Source: Patescibacteria group bacterium (GTDB taxonomy: Bacteria > Patescibacteriota > Patescibacteriia > GWA2-46-9). Taken from it: DNA of 64,000 bases. A program made the translations under genes and the position numbers. The notes under the pieces were generated by a model. The model worked only from the letters and a program-made list of their open reading frames with translations, searched no databases and was not told the DNA's origin. Positions 39,527 through 49,815 of the stretch are shown here, piece after piece; position 1 is the first letter of the stretch, and each line of letters opens with the position of its first letter. The stretch spans positions 1,879-65,878 of the forward strand of contig JBAZXG010000006.1 of NCBI GenBank assembly GCA_041660005.1, written 5' to 3'.

Positions 39527-41034
39527 ACTTTTTTTATTATACCTCTATTCGCATCAACCTCAATAATATCGCCCTCCTTAATTTGTTCTAAAACGCCCTG
39601 CGCACCAACAACCGCCGGTATTTTTAACTCCCGCGACACAATTGCCGCGTGCGAAGTAATACCTCCTTCTTCCGTCACAATACCACCAGCAATTTTCATA
39701 ACGGGTATATACTCTGGGCGAGTGTTTGGCGCAACAAGAATGTCGCCACGTTGGAACTTTTTAAAATCTTTTTGACTAAGCACAATCTTGGCAGTACCAA
39801 TAACTTTACCAGGATACGCCGTTCGACCAACTACGTTATCAGTAACAACCAAACTATTCATAAACTGTAATAACGCCTTTGCTTCCCGACCGCTGACAAA
39901 CTGAAGAGTTGTTTTTTTAGGAATAGCAACAAAAATCCCTCGCCTACGTGTTTGTAATATCTTACGATACTGTGATGTCGGCGAAAGTAATTTTTCCGCC
40001 TCCCAATACAAGGCGTACTCCGCTTCACGTAATGGCACACGACTTCTTCTAGTAAATTCTTGAAGGTACCGCTTCAGTAGTTCGTTCCCCATTTGGTTCA
40101 TAGCTTTTCGCTCATCCCGCCAGGTGGCAACAATACTGATCATGTTCGCTACCAACAAAACGGCATGCGGAATTTTCATGCGGCGAATAAATACTTTTTT
40201 CTTTAATAAGTCCCTCTTCAAAACAGCAGGCAATCGTAACTCATTATTTAATTTCTTAGGATTTTTTAGCAGTTCACGAATTGTATTTAAAAAATGACTT
40301 GATGTCAGGCGACGTACAAACGCATAATCACTGAGTGACCAAAAATATGTATCAGTGTGTGCTTTAATTTTCTGAACAAAAAATGGAAACCGCTTAGTAA
40401 TAACACCAATACTTGCACCTTTTTTAATCAAACCCTGAAGAGCAGGATTTCTTTCTGCAGCGGCGGCAAGGCGAGCAATATCTAGACGTTCAATTTGTGT
40501 TGGTAGCAAATAAGGACTCTGAACTAGTAGGTCAACTTCGGCTGAAGTTAGACGCACTCCTGCTTTATCGCACACGTTGTAAATAAGTGTCTCTCCGAAC
40601 ACATCAAAAGCATCATGAAACATTGATTCGCGCCAGAGAGAGTGATACTTTTCAATTTCAACATAGTAGCACTTCAAAAGTTCTGCATTACTTAATTGTT
40701 GTATGCCAGCCCACGGCAGTCCTTTAACGACCGAATCTTGAAACTGTTTATATGATTTACGCCATTTTTGGTAGCGACTCCACATATCACCGGGAATGTT
40801 TTGCTCACGATGTAAAAAATAGTTTGTAACTCGCTTCGCATCTTTCTTGGAAAAAAACAGGGTTGCATAATCGTTACTAAAGTAGGTTAAAAAACAAAGC
40901 TGCAAATCCACTGTTTTTTGATCTACGGTCATAGCGACACAGCTACTGTATGGTGGCGAAATATACAAAATTTTAACTGCGGCACCTTGACGGTACCATT
41001 TCAGTTTTGCCAGCTCTTTTTGGACAAATTTCAT
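39523..41034 (-). CDS. Paralog 6: divergent ~410 aa N-terminal domain + C-terminal PEP-utilizing-enzyme phosphohistidine (swivel) domain
   Basis: C-terminus RGDILVAPNTRPEYIPVMKIAGGIVTEEGGITSHAAIVSRELKIPAVVGA (TSHAAI catalytic His). ATGA overlap with the downstream ATP-grasp gene. Confidence 0.8.
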   Translation of the reverse strand: MKFVQKELAKLKWYRQGAAVKILYISPPYSSCVAMTVDQKTVDLQLCFLTYFSNDYATLFFSKKDAKRVTNYFLHREQNIPGDMWSRYQKWRKSYKQFQDSVVKGLPWAGIQQLSNAELLKCYYVEIEKYHSLWRESMFHDAFDVFGETLIYNVCDKAGVRLTSAEVDLLVQSPYLLPTQIERLDIARLAAAAERNPALQGLIKKGASIGVITKRFPFFVQKIKAHTDTYFWSLSDYAFVRRLTSSHFLNTIRELLKNPKKLNNELRLPAVLKRDLLKKKVFIRRMKIPHAVLLVANMISIVATWRDERKAMNQMGNELLKRYLQEFTRRSRVPLREAEYALYWEAEKLLSPTSQYRKILQTRRRGIFVAIPKKTTLQFVSGREAKALLQFMNSLVVTDNVVGRTAYPGKVIGTAKIVLSQKDFKKFQRGDILVAPNTRPEYIPVMKIAGGIVTEEGGITSHAAIVSRELKIPAVVGAQGVLEQIKEGDIIEVDANRGIIKKV

Positions 41035-42548
41035 AACTTTCTTACTAATCCTTGATCACTATCAATTTCGACAAAATCACCATTCTTTAATACTTTCGTG
41101 GCGACTTTGGTGCCAATTATACAAGGGATGTTCAGTTCACGGGCAATAATTGCTGCATGGCACGTTATACCACCTTCGTCGGTAATAATGGCCCTGGCTT
41201 GACGCACAAGCGGCATAAATTCCGGCCGCGTCATTGTTGTTACCAAAATTGAACCTTTTCTAAATTTCGATTTACTGACCTCAAGCACTACCTGAACACG
41301 ACCTTGAATTTTTTTTACTGGCGAAGCAACAACTTGCCCTTTAATTTCTTTTTTACTTGCTTGGTTAATAAAAATAACACTCCAAATTTTTTTTGCACTG
41401 CTACCTGTATAAATATGTTCATAATTTATACCATTTCGTTTTGTCTGAACGAAAGCTGAAAACTTGCGACGTAGAGCTAATTCGCGTTTATTTGGTATTT
41501 TACCGCCACGCAATAACTGATGACGTTCTTCAATACTCAAATATTTTATCTCCCAAATATTTAGCTTGCTCCGCCGTTCAAGTTCGTTAGCATAAACCTC
41601 AAAATACAGATTAGCAATTAGTGCCAAATGCTTCCTTTCGTCTATCCAACTCATCCAAAAAGACAGTAGTTTAAAGGCAGTTTTTAATTCGTAAGAAAGT
41701 CTAAATTGTTTACGTAAGCGGAACTGTGCTAATCTTAGTCTCTTTATTTTTGATAGTAAATTATACAACTCGACTTTTAACTTTTTTTGAGAGTTCTCTT
41801 CGCATTGTCGTCGTACCTCTTTATAAAGAATGCTAGGAATCAATAAATTGGATTTCTTATAGTTTGAATTAAGCCAGAAATATTTTTTTGATAACAGATT
41901 GACAGTTTTTTGAAGCGCTGTCGGACTTTTTGACAAAGAACTGAATCTACGAACTACGCCGTACCATCGAACGGCTACTTCTAGAACTTCACATTGATAC
42001 TCCTCAAGAAAACTTAACTTTAATGGTTGCGATAAAGTTGCCATGATATTTGTTACCTCCGCTGGTGTAAGCTGCGGTAGCTCCCGAGATAGTAACTTCG
42101 GTAATTCATACGTTGTAAAAACATCTGCCGATTCTAATACCCAAGTAATTCGCCAATGGTCAAGAACGAGCCGATTAAAACGGTCCATGGATTTGATTAC
42201 TTCCTGATCGCTCAACCCATTTCTTGATTTAATAAAAAAATCTCCCTCTCTATTAATACCACGCCTAACTTCCCGCCAGAGTTCATAATTCTTTCGCTGC
42301 AATGTTGAACCTCTTTGATACTTTTTCCAAAGATAATGCCAGATTGCCAATTTTTGATCCTCGGGTGTCTCTTCAAATACAAAATCCGATTTGAAAAATG
42401 CTACCATAAAGTTTGGCAACGTTGGATGCCAAAATTTTGACTGCTCAACAAAAGCACGAACCCAAATAGAAAACATGGGCACCGCTGGTGCCTCCTCCGA
42501 CCAGTAAGTATGTTTTTTTGTTTCTTTCAACGTTCTTTCTAAACTCAT
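41031..42548 (-). CDS. Paralog 5: N-terminal unknown domain + PEP-utilizing swivel domain
   Basis: C-terminus KGSILVTTMTRPEFMPLVRQARAIITDEGGITCHAAIIARELNIPCIIGT; ATGA overlap both sides. Confidence 0.8.
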   Translation of the reverse strand: MSLERTLKETKKHTYWSEEAPAVPMFSIWVRAFVEQSKFWHPTLPNFMVAFFKSDFVFEETPEDQKLAIWHYLWKKYQRGSTLQRKNYELWREVRRGINREGDFFIKSRNGLSDQEVIKSMDRFNRLVLDHWRITWVLESADVFTTYELPKLLSRELPQLTPAEVTNIMATLSQPLKLSFLEEYQCEVLEVAVRWYGVVRRFSSLSKSPTALQKTVNLLSKKYFWLNSNYKKSNLLIPSILYKEVRRQCEENSQKKLKVELYNLLSKIKRLRLAQFRLRKQFRLSYELKTAFKLLSFWMSWIDERKHLALIANLYFEVYANELERRSKLNIWEIKYLSIEERHQLLRGGKIPNKRELALRRKFSAFVQTKRNGINYEHIYTGSSAKKIWSVIFINQASKKEIKGQVVASPVKKIQGRVQVVLEVSKSKFRKGSILVTTMTRPEFMPLVRQARAIITDEGGITCHAAIIARELNIPCIIGTKVATKVLKNGDFVEIDSDQGLVRKL

Positions 42549-43996
42549 ATTTTCCTCACAACTCCGGTGTTTCCGTTTACTTCAATTCTGTCACCCGTTT
42601 TAAATACAGCTGTAGCTATCTCTGTTCCCGTAACGCAGGGTATCCTAAGTTCACGAGAAATAATGGCTGCGTGCACGGTTACTCCACCTTCGTTCGTTAC
42701 CACGGCCACAGCTTTTTTCATGGCCGGAACAAAATCAGGGGTCGTCATTGGTGTAACTAAAATGTCTCCCTTTTTCAAAAATTTTATGGCTCGGCGAGGG
42801 TCCTCGGTCACAAATGCCCTACCGGTCGCGATACCAGCCGAGGCTGGTGCACCTTTAACAGAGGTTAGATTATTATTCTTTAATTTCAACTTATTATCAA
42901 TAAAGCGTAACGCTTGTTTACCGGTTTTTTCTAATTTTTTTGAGCCGTTCATAACAACCAAATAACCAGATTTACGATCAATTACTGTACGCTTTGGAAT
43001 TTTGCCGGTTCGAATAACACGACGCAGCTCATTTGGTTTCAGCCAAACGAGATCGGCCATTTTTAAACTATACGTCCGAGCAACTTTTCTTCTAATTTCA
43101 TCCATTAAAAAGAGCGAGCGCATCTGAATTTCTTTTCTTTGATCGTGCATGCGAGCGATCTTGTCAAGAACCGTCAAATAAGGTCGCACTACTTTTTCCG
43201 GCACTTGAAAACGCTTAAGAACGGCACGCCTATTTTCAGCAATTCTTTTTGCGTAGTCTAAAATATACTTTCTCTCTTGTTGATATTCTATTGATGTCAA
43301 TTTCGCACAAGCTCGAGTTTCTTGTTTTATTTTTTTTCGGGTCAACACCCCTCTTCCACCCCAACCTATAGTCAACCAATAATACTTTCGATAAATGTGC
43401 TCGACGTCTTGAGCGCTGACTAGAAATTTTTTATTTTTGATTTTTTTAGAGAGTTCAAGTATGGCCAATTTATAATTCAAAACTTCACTTCTGTACGCTG
43501 GTTGTAAAACCTTGGACCAGGCATCTTTGTCGTCTACTAAGTTCGGATATCCCTGACGTGAAACTTCTCTGGTCACTATTTCTTCAAAAAAGTCATCGAA
43601 CGCATCAATGCCAACACCAACGATACGGCAATGTTCAACAGCTAAGTCATGTATGGTTGTGTACACTTTGATTAAAGCTTCTGTGTTTTTCGGCAAAGTG
43701 GAAGAAATCAATAACGAAAAATACGCCAGAGCATTTTTGTAGTGCTTATTTTCCACTCTATAAAATCTTCCGTTCACACCACTTGTTATCATTTTTTGAA
43801 CCCACTTTACCCCAACATTTTTATACTCAGGCATCCCATAGGCCCAATAAATATGCGACCCCTTAAGCGCAACGGCTAAACGTGGAGCAATATGATACTC
43901 GACGCCGCGCATGGGTTTTGCCATAGATTCAAAGTATGGCTGAAGCGCTGCAAAGGTTACGCCATCCCGTTCATAAAGTTTGTACTGTGCATTCAT
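42545..43996 (-). CDS. Paralog 4: N-terminal unknown domain + PEP-utilizing swivel domain
   Basis: C-terminus KGDILVTPMTTPDFVPAMKKAVAVVTNEGGVTVHAAIISRELRIPCVTGT. Confidence 0.8.
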   Translation of the reverse strand: MNAQYKLYERDGVTFAALQPYFESMAKPMRGVEYHIAPRLAVALKGSHIYWAYGMPEYKNVGVKWVQKMITSGVNGRFYRVENKHYKNALAYFSLLISSTLPKNTEALIKVYTTIHDLAVEHCRIVGVGIDAFDDFFEEIVTREVSRQGYPNLVDDKDAWSKVLQPAYRSEVLNYKLAILELSKKIKNKKFLVSAQDVEHIYRKYYWLTIGWGGRGVLTRKKIKQETRACAKLTSIEYQQERKYILDYAKRIAENRRAVLKRFQVPEKVVRPYLTVLDKIARMHDQRKEIQMRSLFLMDEIRRKVARTYSLKMADLVWLKPNELRRVIRTGKIPKRTVIDRKSGYLVVMNGSKKLEKTGKQALRFIDNKLKLKNNNLTSVKGAPASAGIATGRAFVTEDPRRAIKFLKKGDILVTPMTTPDFVPAMKKAVAVVTNEGGVTVHAAIISRELRIPCVTGTEIATAVFKTGDRIEVNGNTGVVRKI

Positions 43997-45465
43997 ACTT
44001 TTTTGACCGTGCCTGTTTTGGTATTAACTTCGACAATATCACCATCTTTAAATACTTTAGTCGCCGCACCAGTGCGAACAAGGCAAGGGATACCCAGTTC
44101 ACGAGATACCACGGCTGCATGAGAGGTCATACCGCCAGTATCTGTAACAACTGCGGCTGCTTTTCGCATCAAAATAACAAACTCTGGAGATGTCATTGGG
44201 GCCACGAGAATATCCCCCTTTTTCATCTTTTTTTGATCTTTAAAGGGGTCTCTAATTATTTTGACTGCCCCTCTAACGTTGTAACCGTTTCCCCGACTAA
44301 CAACCAACCCCCTCACTTCTTTTATACTTTGACTGACTCTTGAGTCATACTTTTTTAGTAACGACTCGGCTTGCTTCCCGTAATATTCTTTTACTTTTTC
44401 TTTTCCAGAAACCCAACAGTAAACTTTAGCTCGAGAGATTATTTTTTTATAATCAAGTTTCTGCCTTTGTGCTAATTGCGTAACCTCCCACGGCCAACAC
44501 CAAACAATATCGTTAAATTTCCAATTGTTTCGCCAAGCAATTTCCTTCACTAACTTGTCTGTGTAAAACTGCATCCTCCAAATGTACATTTTGCGTAAAT
44601 CCTGCCACCAAATTGAGTTGCTGAGTTGTTCAGCCGTGAACTGAACATTTTTCGAAAGTCCGACATTTTTAACTAATGCTCTTTTCTTTTTTTGAGCGTC
44701 GATCATTCGACCCTCAATTTTTCTTATTCTTTTCTGCACATCGGATCGTGACGACAATCTCTTCACCTTTTTTTCAAAATATTGCTCACTCAAAATCTTA
44801 CTTCCCGCATAGTTACTCAGTAGCAAACGATATAGCTCTGCATGTTTCAAAAAAGCATTCAGCCGCTTTTTTTTGTTTTTTATCAATGCCAACCGTAACA
44901 AATCAAGCTCCTCCTGTTGAGTAAAGGAAAGTTTTGTGAGCGCTGACAAAGTTTCTAAATAATCTTCGGCCTTGTTTGCATCAATTTTTTTCAGACTATC
45001 ATAAAGAATTTTTTCTCCTCCCCAATTGGCAATCTCTGGTATATGCACAATACACCACAATGCATCCATGCAAACGTACGTAATCTCATAGAGAAGCAAT
45101 AAATCTTTGTCTGACAATCTTTTTACATCAACCGCTTCTAAAAAACTTATAATTTTCCTGGATTCGAGTACCCACCTTTCCCACCGTGACCAAAGCAACT
45201 GATAATTTTTTTTGTTTAAAAAATATTTTATAAAATACTTCTGACCCGTTTGTTCAAGGATGTTGTATTCAACAATCCCTACAATTTTTCCATCTTGAAA
45301 AGCCGCTACCATAGATGGCCATGGCCAAGGATAATCTTTCTTATTTTTTCTTCCTGGACCTTTTAAGGTATCACCCCAAATTCCAACGTACAATGGACGA
45401 CCCTCTACGGGTCCCCATTTAAAGAGTGACCTTTGCGGATTCACCATATAAGACGACCGGTGCAA
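43993..45465 (-). CDS. Paralog 3: N-terminal unknown domain + PEP-utilizing swivel domain
   Basis: C-terminus KGDILVAPMTSPEFVILMRKAAAVVTDTGGMTSHAAVVSRELGIPCLVRT. Confidence 0.8.
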   Translation of the reverse strand: MHRSSYMVNPQRSLFKWGPVEGRPLYVGIWGDTLKGPGRKNKKDYPWPWPSMVAAFQDGKIVGIVEYNILEQTGQKYFIKYFLNKKNYQLLWSRWERWVLESRKIISFLEAVDVKRLSDKDLLLLYEITYVCMDALWCIVHIPEIANWGGEKILYDSLKKIDANKAEDYLETLSALTKLSFTQQEELDLLRLALIKNKKKRLNAFLKHAELYRLLLSNYAGSKILSEQYFEKKVKRLSSRSDVQKRIRKIEGRMIDAQKKKRALVKNVGLSKNVQFTAEQLSNSIWWQDLRKMYIWRMQFYTDKLVKEIAWRNNWKFNDIVWCWPWEVTQLAQRQKLDYKKIISRAKVYCWVSGKEKVKEYYGKQAESLLKKYDSRVSQSIKEVRGLVVSRGNGYNVRGAVKIIRDPFKDQKKMKKGDILVAPMTSPEFVILMRKAAAVVTDTGGMTSHAAVVSRELGIPCLVRTGAATKVFKDGDIVEVNTKTGTVKKV

Positions 45466-45468
45466 TAA

Positions 45469-46479
45469 CTAATGCTGTGCATCTTCGGCTTCAAACTTCG
45501 TTTGTGCCGCCGCAGCTAACTCAATTATTTTATCCCAATCTAAAGAAACTTTTTTACCCTCAAAAAGCTTTGCGCGCGCTGGGTCGGTAAACTCACAAGA
45601 AATTTCCGTATCTCGAGTAAAATCAGCAATATTTCGAGGATCGCCAAGCCGAGTATCCCTTTGAAGCTTAAGACGTAAGGCTGTCGCTTGGCTTGTAAAG
45701 CCGCCAATTTCGTCAACATCATCAAAGCCAATTTTTCTCTCTCCCGTTTTTTCATCCTCAACAACTAAAGCATATTTGTATAAAGATTCAGCGAACATAC
45801 CACTGCCGACAATTGGAATGGCTTTTGTTTCTCCTCCCTTCACTCCACGGCGAGAAAGTTCTAGGGTCTTCATGAGCTCATATGCCTCATTTTCTGCCAT
45901 AGTCCTAACTTCGGGTTCCTTTTGCATGGCTTTTCTGAAAGCAATGTTTTGTGCCATCTCCACATATTTCACTCTAAATTCTGGGTCCTGCTTAAATCTC
46001 TCCTGCTCTTCCGGACTTAGACCAGAAACCAGTCGACTAATCTCTGTACTCACAAGTTCCATTTCAGCTCTAAATTTATCAAGAAGACCCGCCCCCTTAT
46101 AGTCAACACCAATGCCACGACGCGTACCAATCACTTTACCTTTTCCATTACGCACTCGAGCTGGGCCGAGATCTTTTGACAGTCTTCCGACACCAAACCG
46201 TCCGCTCCCTTTTAATATATCTTCCCCTGTCTCACCATGGCGCGACTCGTCTCCGCCTCTTGGATGAACGAGAGTCACTTCTGGTGGGTAGGCCTCACCA
46301 AATTCTCTAGACATTTGTTTACCGGCAGGGGTCAAATCTGTTGGATCTTTGAAAGTAATAATACTGCCATCACTGAACGTAATCTTTCTCTCTCCTCCAT
46401 AACGACTACCGTGTCGTCCTAGGTCAATATAGGTAGTTGCAACAAATTGTTTTTCAGCCTCTGGGTTTCTTTCTACCAT
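45469..46479 (-). CDS. Hypothetical protein, possibly histidine-phosphatase-like (RHG motif: IDLGRHGSRYGGE)
   Basis: 336 aa. The family call is weak and rests on one motif. Confidence 0.35.
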   Translation of the reverse strand: MVERNPEAEKQFVATTYIDLGRHGSRYGGERKITFSDGSIITFKDPTDLTPAGKQMSREFGEAYPPEVTLVHPRGGDESRHGETGEDILKGSGRFGVGRLSKDLGPARVRNGKGKVIGTRRGIGVDYKGAGLLDKFRAEMELVSTEISRLVSGLSPEEQERFKQDPEFRVKYVEMAQNIAFRKAMQKEPEVRTMAENEAYELMKTLELSRRGVKGGETKAIPIVGSGMFAESLYKYALVVEDEKTGERKIGFDDVDEIGGFTSQATALRLKLQRDTRLGDPRNIADFTRDTEISCEFTDPARAKLFEGKKVSLDWDKIIELAAAAQTKFEAEDAQH

Positions 46480-46480
46480 A

Positions 46481-47074
46481 TTAAAAGATGCTAAATAAAT
46501 CTTTTTTAAGTTGGCCTACTGACGTATAGAGTAGCACTTTCATACCCGCATCGTTAGCACCTTGCACCCTTTCAGGGCGATCGTCAATATAGACGGCCTC
46601 TTCTCCTTTAACCCCTGCCCTTGCAAGGGCTAAATCAAAAATTCTTTTGTCCGGCTTTCGAATATGGTCGAACCCCGACACCGTTTTTACGGTAAACAAA
46701 TTGTCCCATCCGTAGCTACTGTTTAAATACTCAAACCACTCCTTGGGATTATTGGATATCACTCCGAGAATGAATTTTCCTTTCAATGTCTTTATAAATT
46801 CATAGAGCTCAGTATTGGGAGCAAAATGTCCGTAGATGTTTTTATTTAGCTCAACAATATTGAGTTCACCCTTAAAATCTTTTTTTAGTTCTTCGTAATA
46901 TTTTTTTTCAGAAATATTCCCTAGGGTAAACTCCTTCCAATACGGCCGATCGTGGGCTGAGGCGTAAAGCTCGCCCGCGTTTAAACCATGTGACTCTTCA
47001 TACTGCCGAATACCGGGATTATACCCTTCGGTCACTAACACACTACCGGAATCGAAGAATATTGCCTTCACCAT
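46481..47074 (-). CDS. HAD-superfamily-like hydrolase/phosphatase
   Basis: 197 aa; motif I-like IFFDSGSVL, motif II VISNN, motif III/IV K...VYIDDRPE. Confidence 0.55.
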   Translation of the reverse strand: MVKAIFFDSGSVLVTEGYNPGIRQYEESHGLNAGELYASAHDRPYWKEFTLGNISEKKYYEELKKDFKGELNIVELNKNIYGHFAPNTELYEFIKTLKGKFILGVISNNPKEWFEYLNSSYGWDNLFTVKTVSGFDHIRKPDKRIFDLALARAGVKGEEAVYIDDRPERVQGANDAGMKVLLYTSVGQLKKDLFSIF

Positions 47075-47086
47075 ACTGTTTAGGCT

Positions 47087-48583
47087 CTATTTTGCCCGTT
47101 CAAGAATACGGACGATTCCTTTTTGCGCATCAACTTCCAATAAATCATTGTCACGAATAATGCGCGTGCCATTCTCTGTAGCGATAACGCACGGCACGCC
47201 GAGTTCGCGCGAAACAATTGCCGCATGTGATGAAAGCCCACCCTGATCTGCCACAACTGCCGCCGCTTTTTCCATAGCTGGTACAAAATCTGGCGTAGTG
47301 AATTGAGCAACGAGAATATCACCCCGGTTTACTTTGCCGATTTCACTTTTGTCCAGACACACCTTGGCTCTTCCTTTGATGATTCCACCAAGACAAGCCA
47401 TTCTTCCAAAAATTTCTTCTTCTTGTTTAACATCAACATAATACTTTTTTTCTAACTGCTTAATCCTTGCAGGATCAGTAATCAGTTCAGTAACGGCATT
47501 CCTAACCAGCATTGCATAGTCGCGAAGTCGCCGTTGCATCTCAGATATGTTCGGCAGTGATTTACCCTTGAGCGCACCAAACATTTCTGGCACCGACACC
47601 TCCATTATCCAGTCTTCATTAAACTTGGAACGCTTGGCAACTTCGGCATACATGAAACTTGCGCCATAGTCAGCATTAAAAAAAGCTTCCACTCTGCGGT
47701 TACGCATATACGAATGCATTCTTGCTTGCTTGATGATATGTAGAAAATCCTTTTTGGGTTTAATTTTCTTTAACGCCCACTTATAGTCATCTTTAATTTT
47801 CTGCTCAGAAGCTTGGTAAATTAAATCGCTGATAGACTCCCCCGCACTAATCTGCTTCTTTATTTCCTTTAACCTATCCACGATGTCCTTGAAGTTGTAC
47901 GGCTTACTTGTTGCGAGCCCCCTGTTAATATACGCAAATTTATCTAAATGCTTCTCAATAATTCCTGTTGCTTTTTTTGACAAGTGGCTAAGATCTTCTT
48001 TTCTTTCGGCAAATACTTTGGCGATACGGACAAGCTTCCACCGCTCTTCGGCGACATCGGTCATGTCCTCTGGGTCGGTAAAGATCAGCACATATTTCCT
48101 AAAATCCGGATTATCGGCAGATATATAGGACAACAATTGTTCTTCAATTAATCCTTCAAAATAAATATCAAGTGAATACTGTGCGTACCATGCGCACATT
48201 AGTGGACTATACTCTTCGAGGAGTGTCTTAAGAACGGACTCCATTTGTTTATTCGTCTTTTTGCTCCAGTCAACCTTTTTAAGTGCGAGTCCTTTTTTAT
48301 ACAAATGCTCGGCCCTCTTTAATTGCTGCTTAGCATATTTTTCAAACCAGCCGTCATTCTTTTTCATGTGACCAAGAAGCTCTTCTTCGAAAGGATTATA
48401 CTCTTCAGCTGACCAATACATCATGTGGTGCAAATATGCTCTATTAGGCAAGGTACGAGTGAAATAAGATTTTTTCGCGTTTTCGGCAGTGAACGACGCA
48501 TTAATGATAAACCTGATAAAAATCGGCAGTTTCCCCGATGGTTTGATTCTCCATTTTCCCGAATGCATAACAGCTCCAATCAT
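47087..48583 (-). CDS. Paralog 2: N-terminal unknown domain + PEP-utilizing swivel domain
   Basis: C-terminus RGDILVAQFTTPDFVPAMEKAAAVVADQGGLSSHAAIVSRELGVPCVIAT. Confidence 0.8.
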   Translation of the reverse strand: MIGAVMHSGKWRIKPSGKLPIFIRFIINASFTAENAKKSYFTRTLPNRAYLHHMMYWSAEEYNPFEEELLGHMKKNDGWFEKYAKQQLKRAEHLYKKGLALKKVDWSKKTNKQMESVLKTLLEEYSPLMCAWYAQYSLDIYFEGLIEEQLLSYISADNPDFRKYVLIFTDPEDMTDVAEERWKLVRIAKVFAERKEDLSHLSKKATGIIEKHLDKFAYINRGLATSKPYNFKDIVDRLKEIKKQISAGESISDLIYQASEQKIKDDYKWALKKIKPKKDFLHIIKQARMHSYMRNRRVEAFFNADYGASFMYAEVAKRSKFNEDWIMEVSVPEMFGALKGKSLPNISEMQRRLRDYAMLVRNAVTELITDPARIKQLEKKYYVDVKQEEEIFGRMACLGGIIKGRAKVCLDKSEIGKVNRGDILVAQFTTPDFVPAMEKAAAVVADQGGLSSHAAIVSRELGVPCVIATENGTRIIRDNDLLEVDAQKGIVRILERAK

Positions 48584-48601
48584 ATATTTCAGTTGAATTG
48601 A

Positions 48602-49171
48602 TTAAAGTAGTTTGTCGAAACAATGCGGATGTTCTATATAATATGAAAGCTCGCGCACAAAAGTTTCTACTAAGTTAATTTTGTTTTGTTGATGTAGTGC
48701 CCAAACTTCCTGTAGGTCGAAGGCATCAAAATCACTAATTTCAACTTTATTCGGAACGAATGGGCCGTCTGTTTGTCCTATGTACCAATATACCATGATG
48801 CCTCCTATCGATAAATCGGGCATGGGCAAAATTTTAAATAGGGTAATTTCTGTGTCGATCGACAGCTCCTCAGACAATTCACGCTTTGCTTCTTCTAGAA
48901 TTTCCTCTTTCGTGCTCGCGCCTGCGCCTACAAAACCACCGACTGCATACGACCAGCAATTGGGCTGTAAGTCTTTTGTAGCGCTACGCTGTTGTAGCCA
49001 AAATTTCCCGTCAGTATTACGTAACCAAATATGGGCTGACCGTCTCATTATTTTTTTGTTTGTTAAAAACTCTCTCCTACTCGCTCGACCAATGACCCTG
49101 TCGTTCATGTCAACAATATCATGAAGCTCTTCCAGCGAGTCAGTGGTATTGGTTAAGTTGACTTGACTCAT
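48602..49171 (-). CDS. NUDIX hydrolase
   Basis: Nudix box GGFVGAGASTKEEILEEAKRELSEELSI (GX5EX7REUXEEXGU). Confidence 0.8.
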   Translation of the reverse strand: MSQVNLTNTTDSLEELHDIVDMNDRVIGRASRREFLTNKKIMRRSAHIWLRNTDGKFWLQQRSATKDLQPNCWSYAVGGFVGAGASTKEEILEEAKRELSEELSIDTEITLFKILPMPDLSIGGIMVYWYIGQTDGPFVPNKVEISDFDAFDLQEVWALHQQNKINLVETFVRELSYYIEHPHCFDKLL

Positions 49172-49174
49172 AAA

Positions 49175-49813
49175 CTATTCGTGTAATTTTTGTTCTACGT
49201 CTTGCAGGTCATACAGATTTCCTATTTCTGCATAACCTTGCTTCACTCTGGCACCTTTATTGTCGTTTTGTATATGATAGGTGCGGTATGTAAAATCAGG
49301 GAGTTCACTAATCAATTCATCGGCAGCTTCGATAAACGACTGGCAGTTAATTACCCTGTCGTCGGTATAGACAACTGTCTTAAATCCTTCATTATATTTT
49401 CTTTTTAATAAGTCCTTCAACATCTCTTTTGTTTTGCAGTTAGTGTCTCCGTAATCAAACGTGCTATTAATTTCTTCTATGAAATCACGAAAATCAAACC
49501 CGCAACGAGGATTCAAATATTCTGCACGCCAATCAAGTTGCTCGCGGTTACCTTGAGTAAAAACAATATTATTTTTTGTCCATGTTAAAACATCTTTAAA
49601 TCCTTTATTCGGACCCAATTTGAACATCCCTTTTTTGTAAGGTTTTTCATAAAGCCACTCATAGTCACGCGGGCTAATTGTTTTTAAGTCATATCCTAAG
49701 GATTCGACATACGCGCCCATGTTCGAAAAACCTGTACCCTCAGCATCCCAAGGTTCGAGTATGATGGTATTTGCAATGTCCCAAATATAGAGGGTTTTAC
49801 TCTCGCTCGTCAT
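49175..49813 (-). CDS. Hypothetical protein, weakly HAD-like (LYIWDIANTII ... VVYTDDRV), paralogous to 46481-47074
   Basis: 212 aa; motif resemblance only. Confidence 0.35.
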   Translation of the reverse strand: MTSESKTLYIWDIANTIILEPWDAEGTGFSNMGAYVESLGYDLKTISPRDYEWLYEKPYKKGMFKLGPNKGFKDVLTWTKNNIVFTQGNREQLDWRAEYLNPRCGFDFRDFIEEINSTFDYGDTNCKTKEMLKDLLKRKYNEGFKTVVYTDDRVINCQSFIEAADELISELPDFTYRTYHIQNDNKGARVKQGYAEIGNLYDLQDVEQKLHE

Positions 49814-49815
49814 AT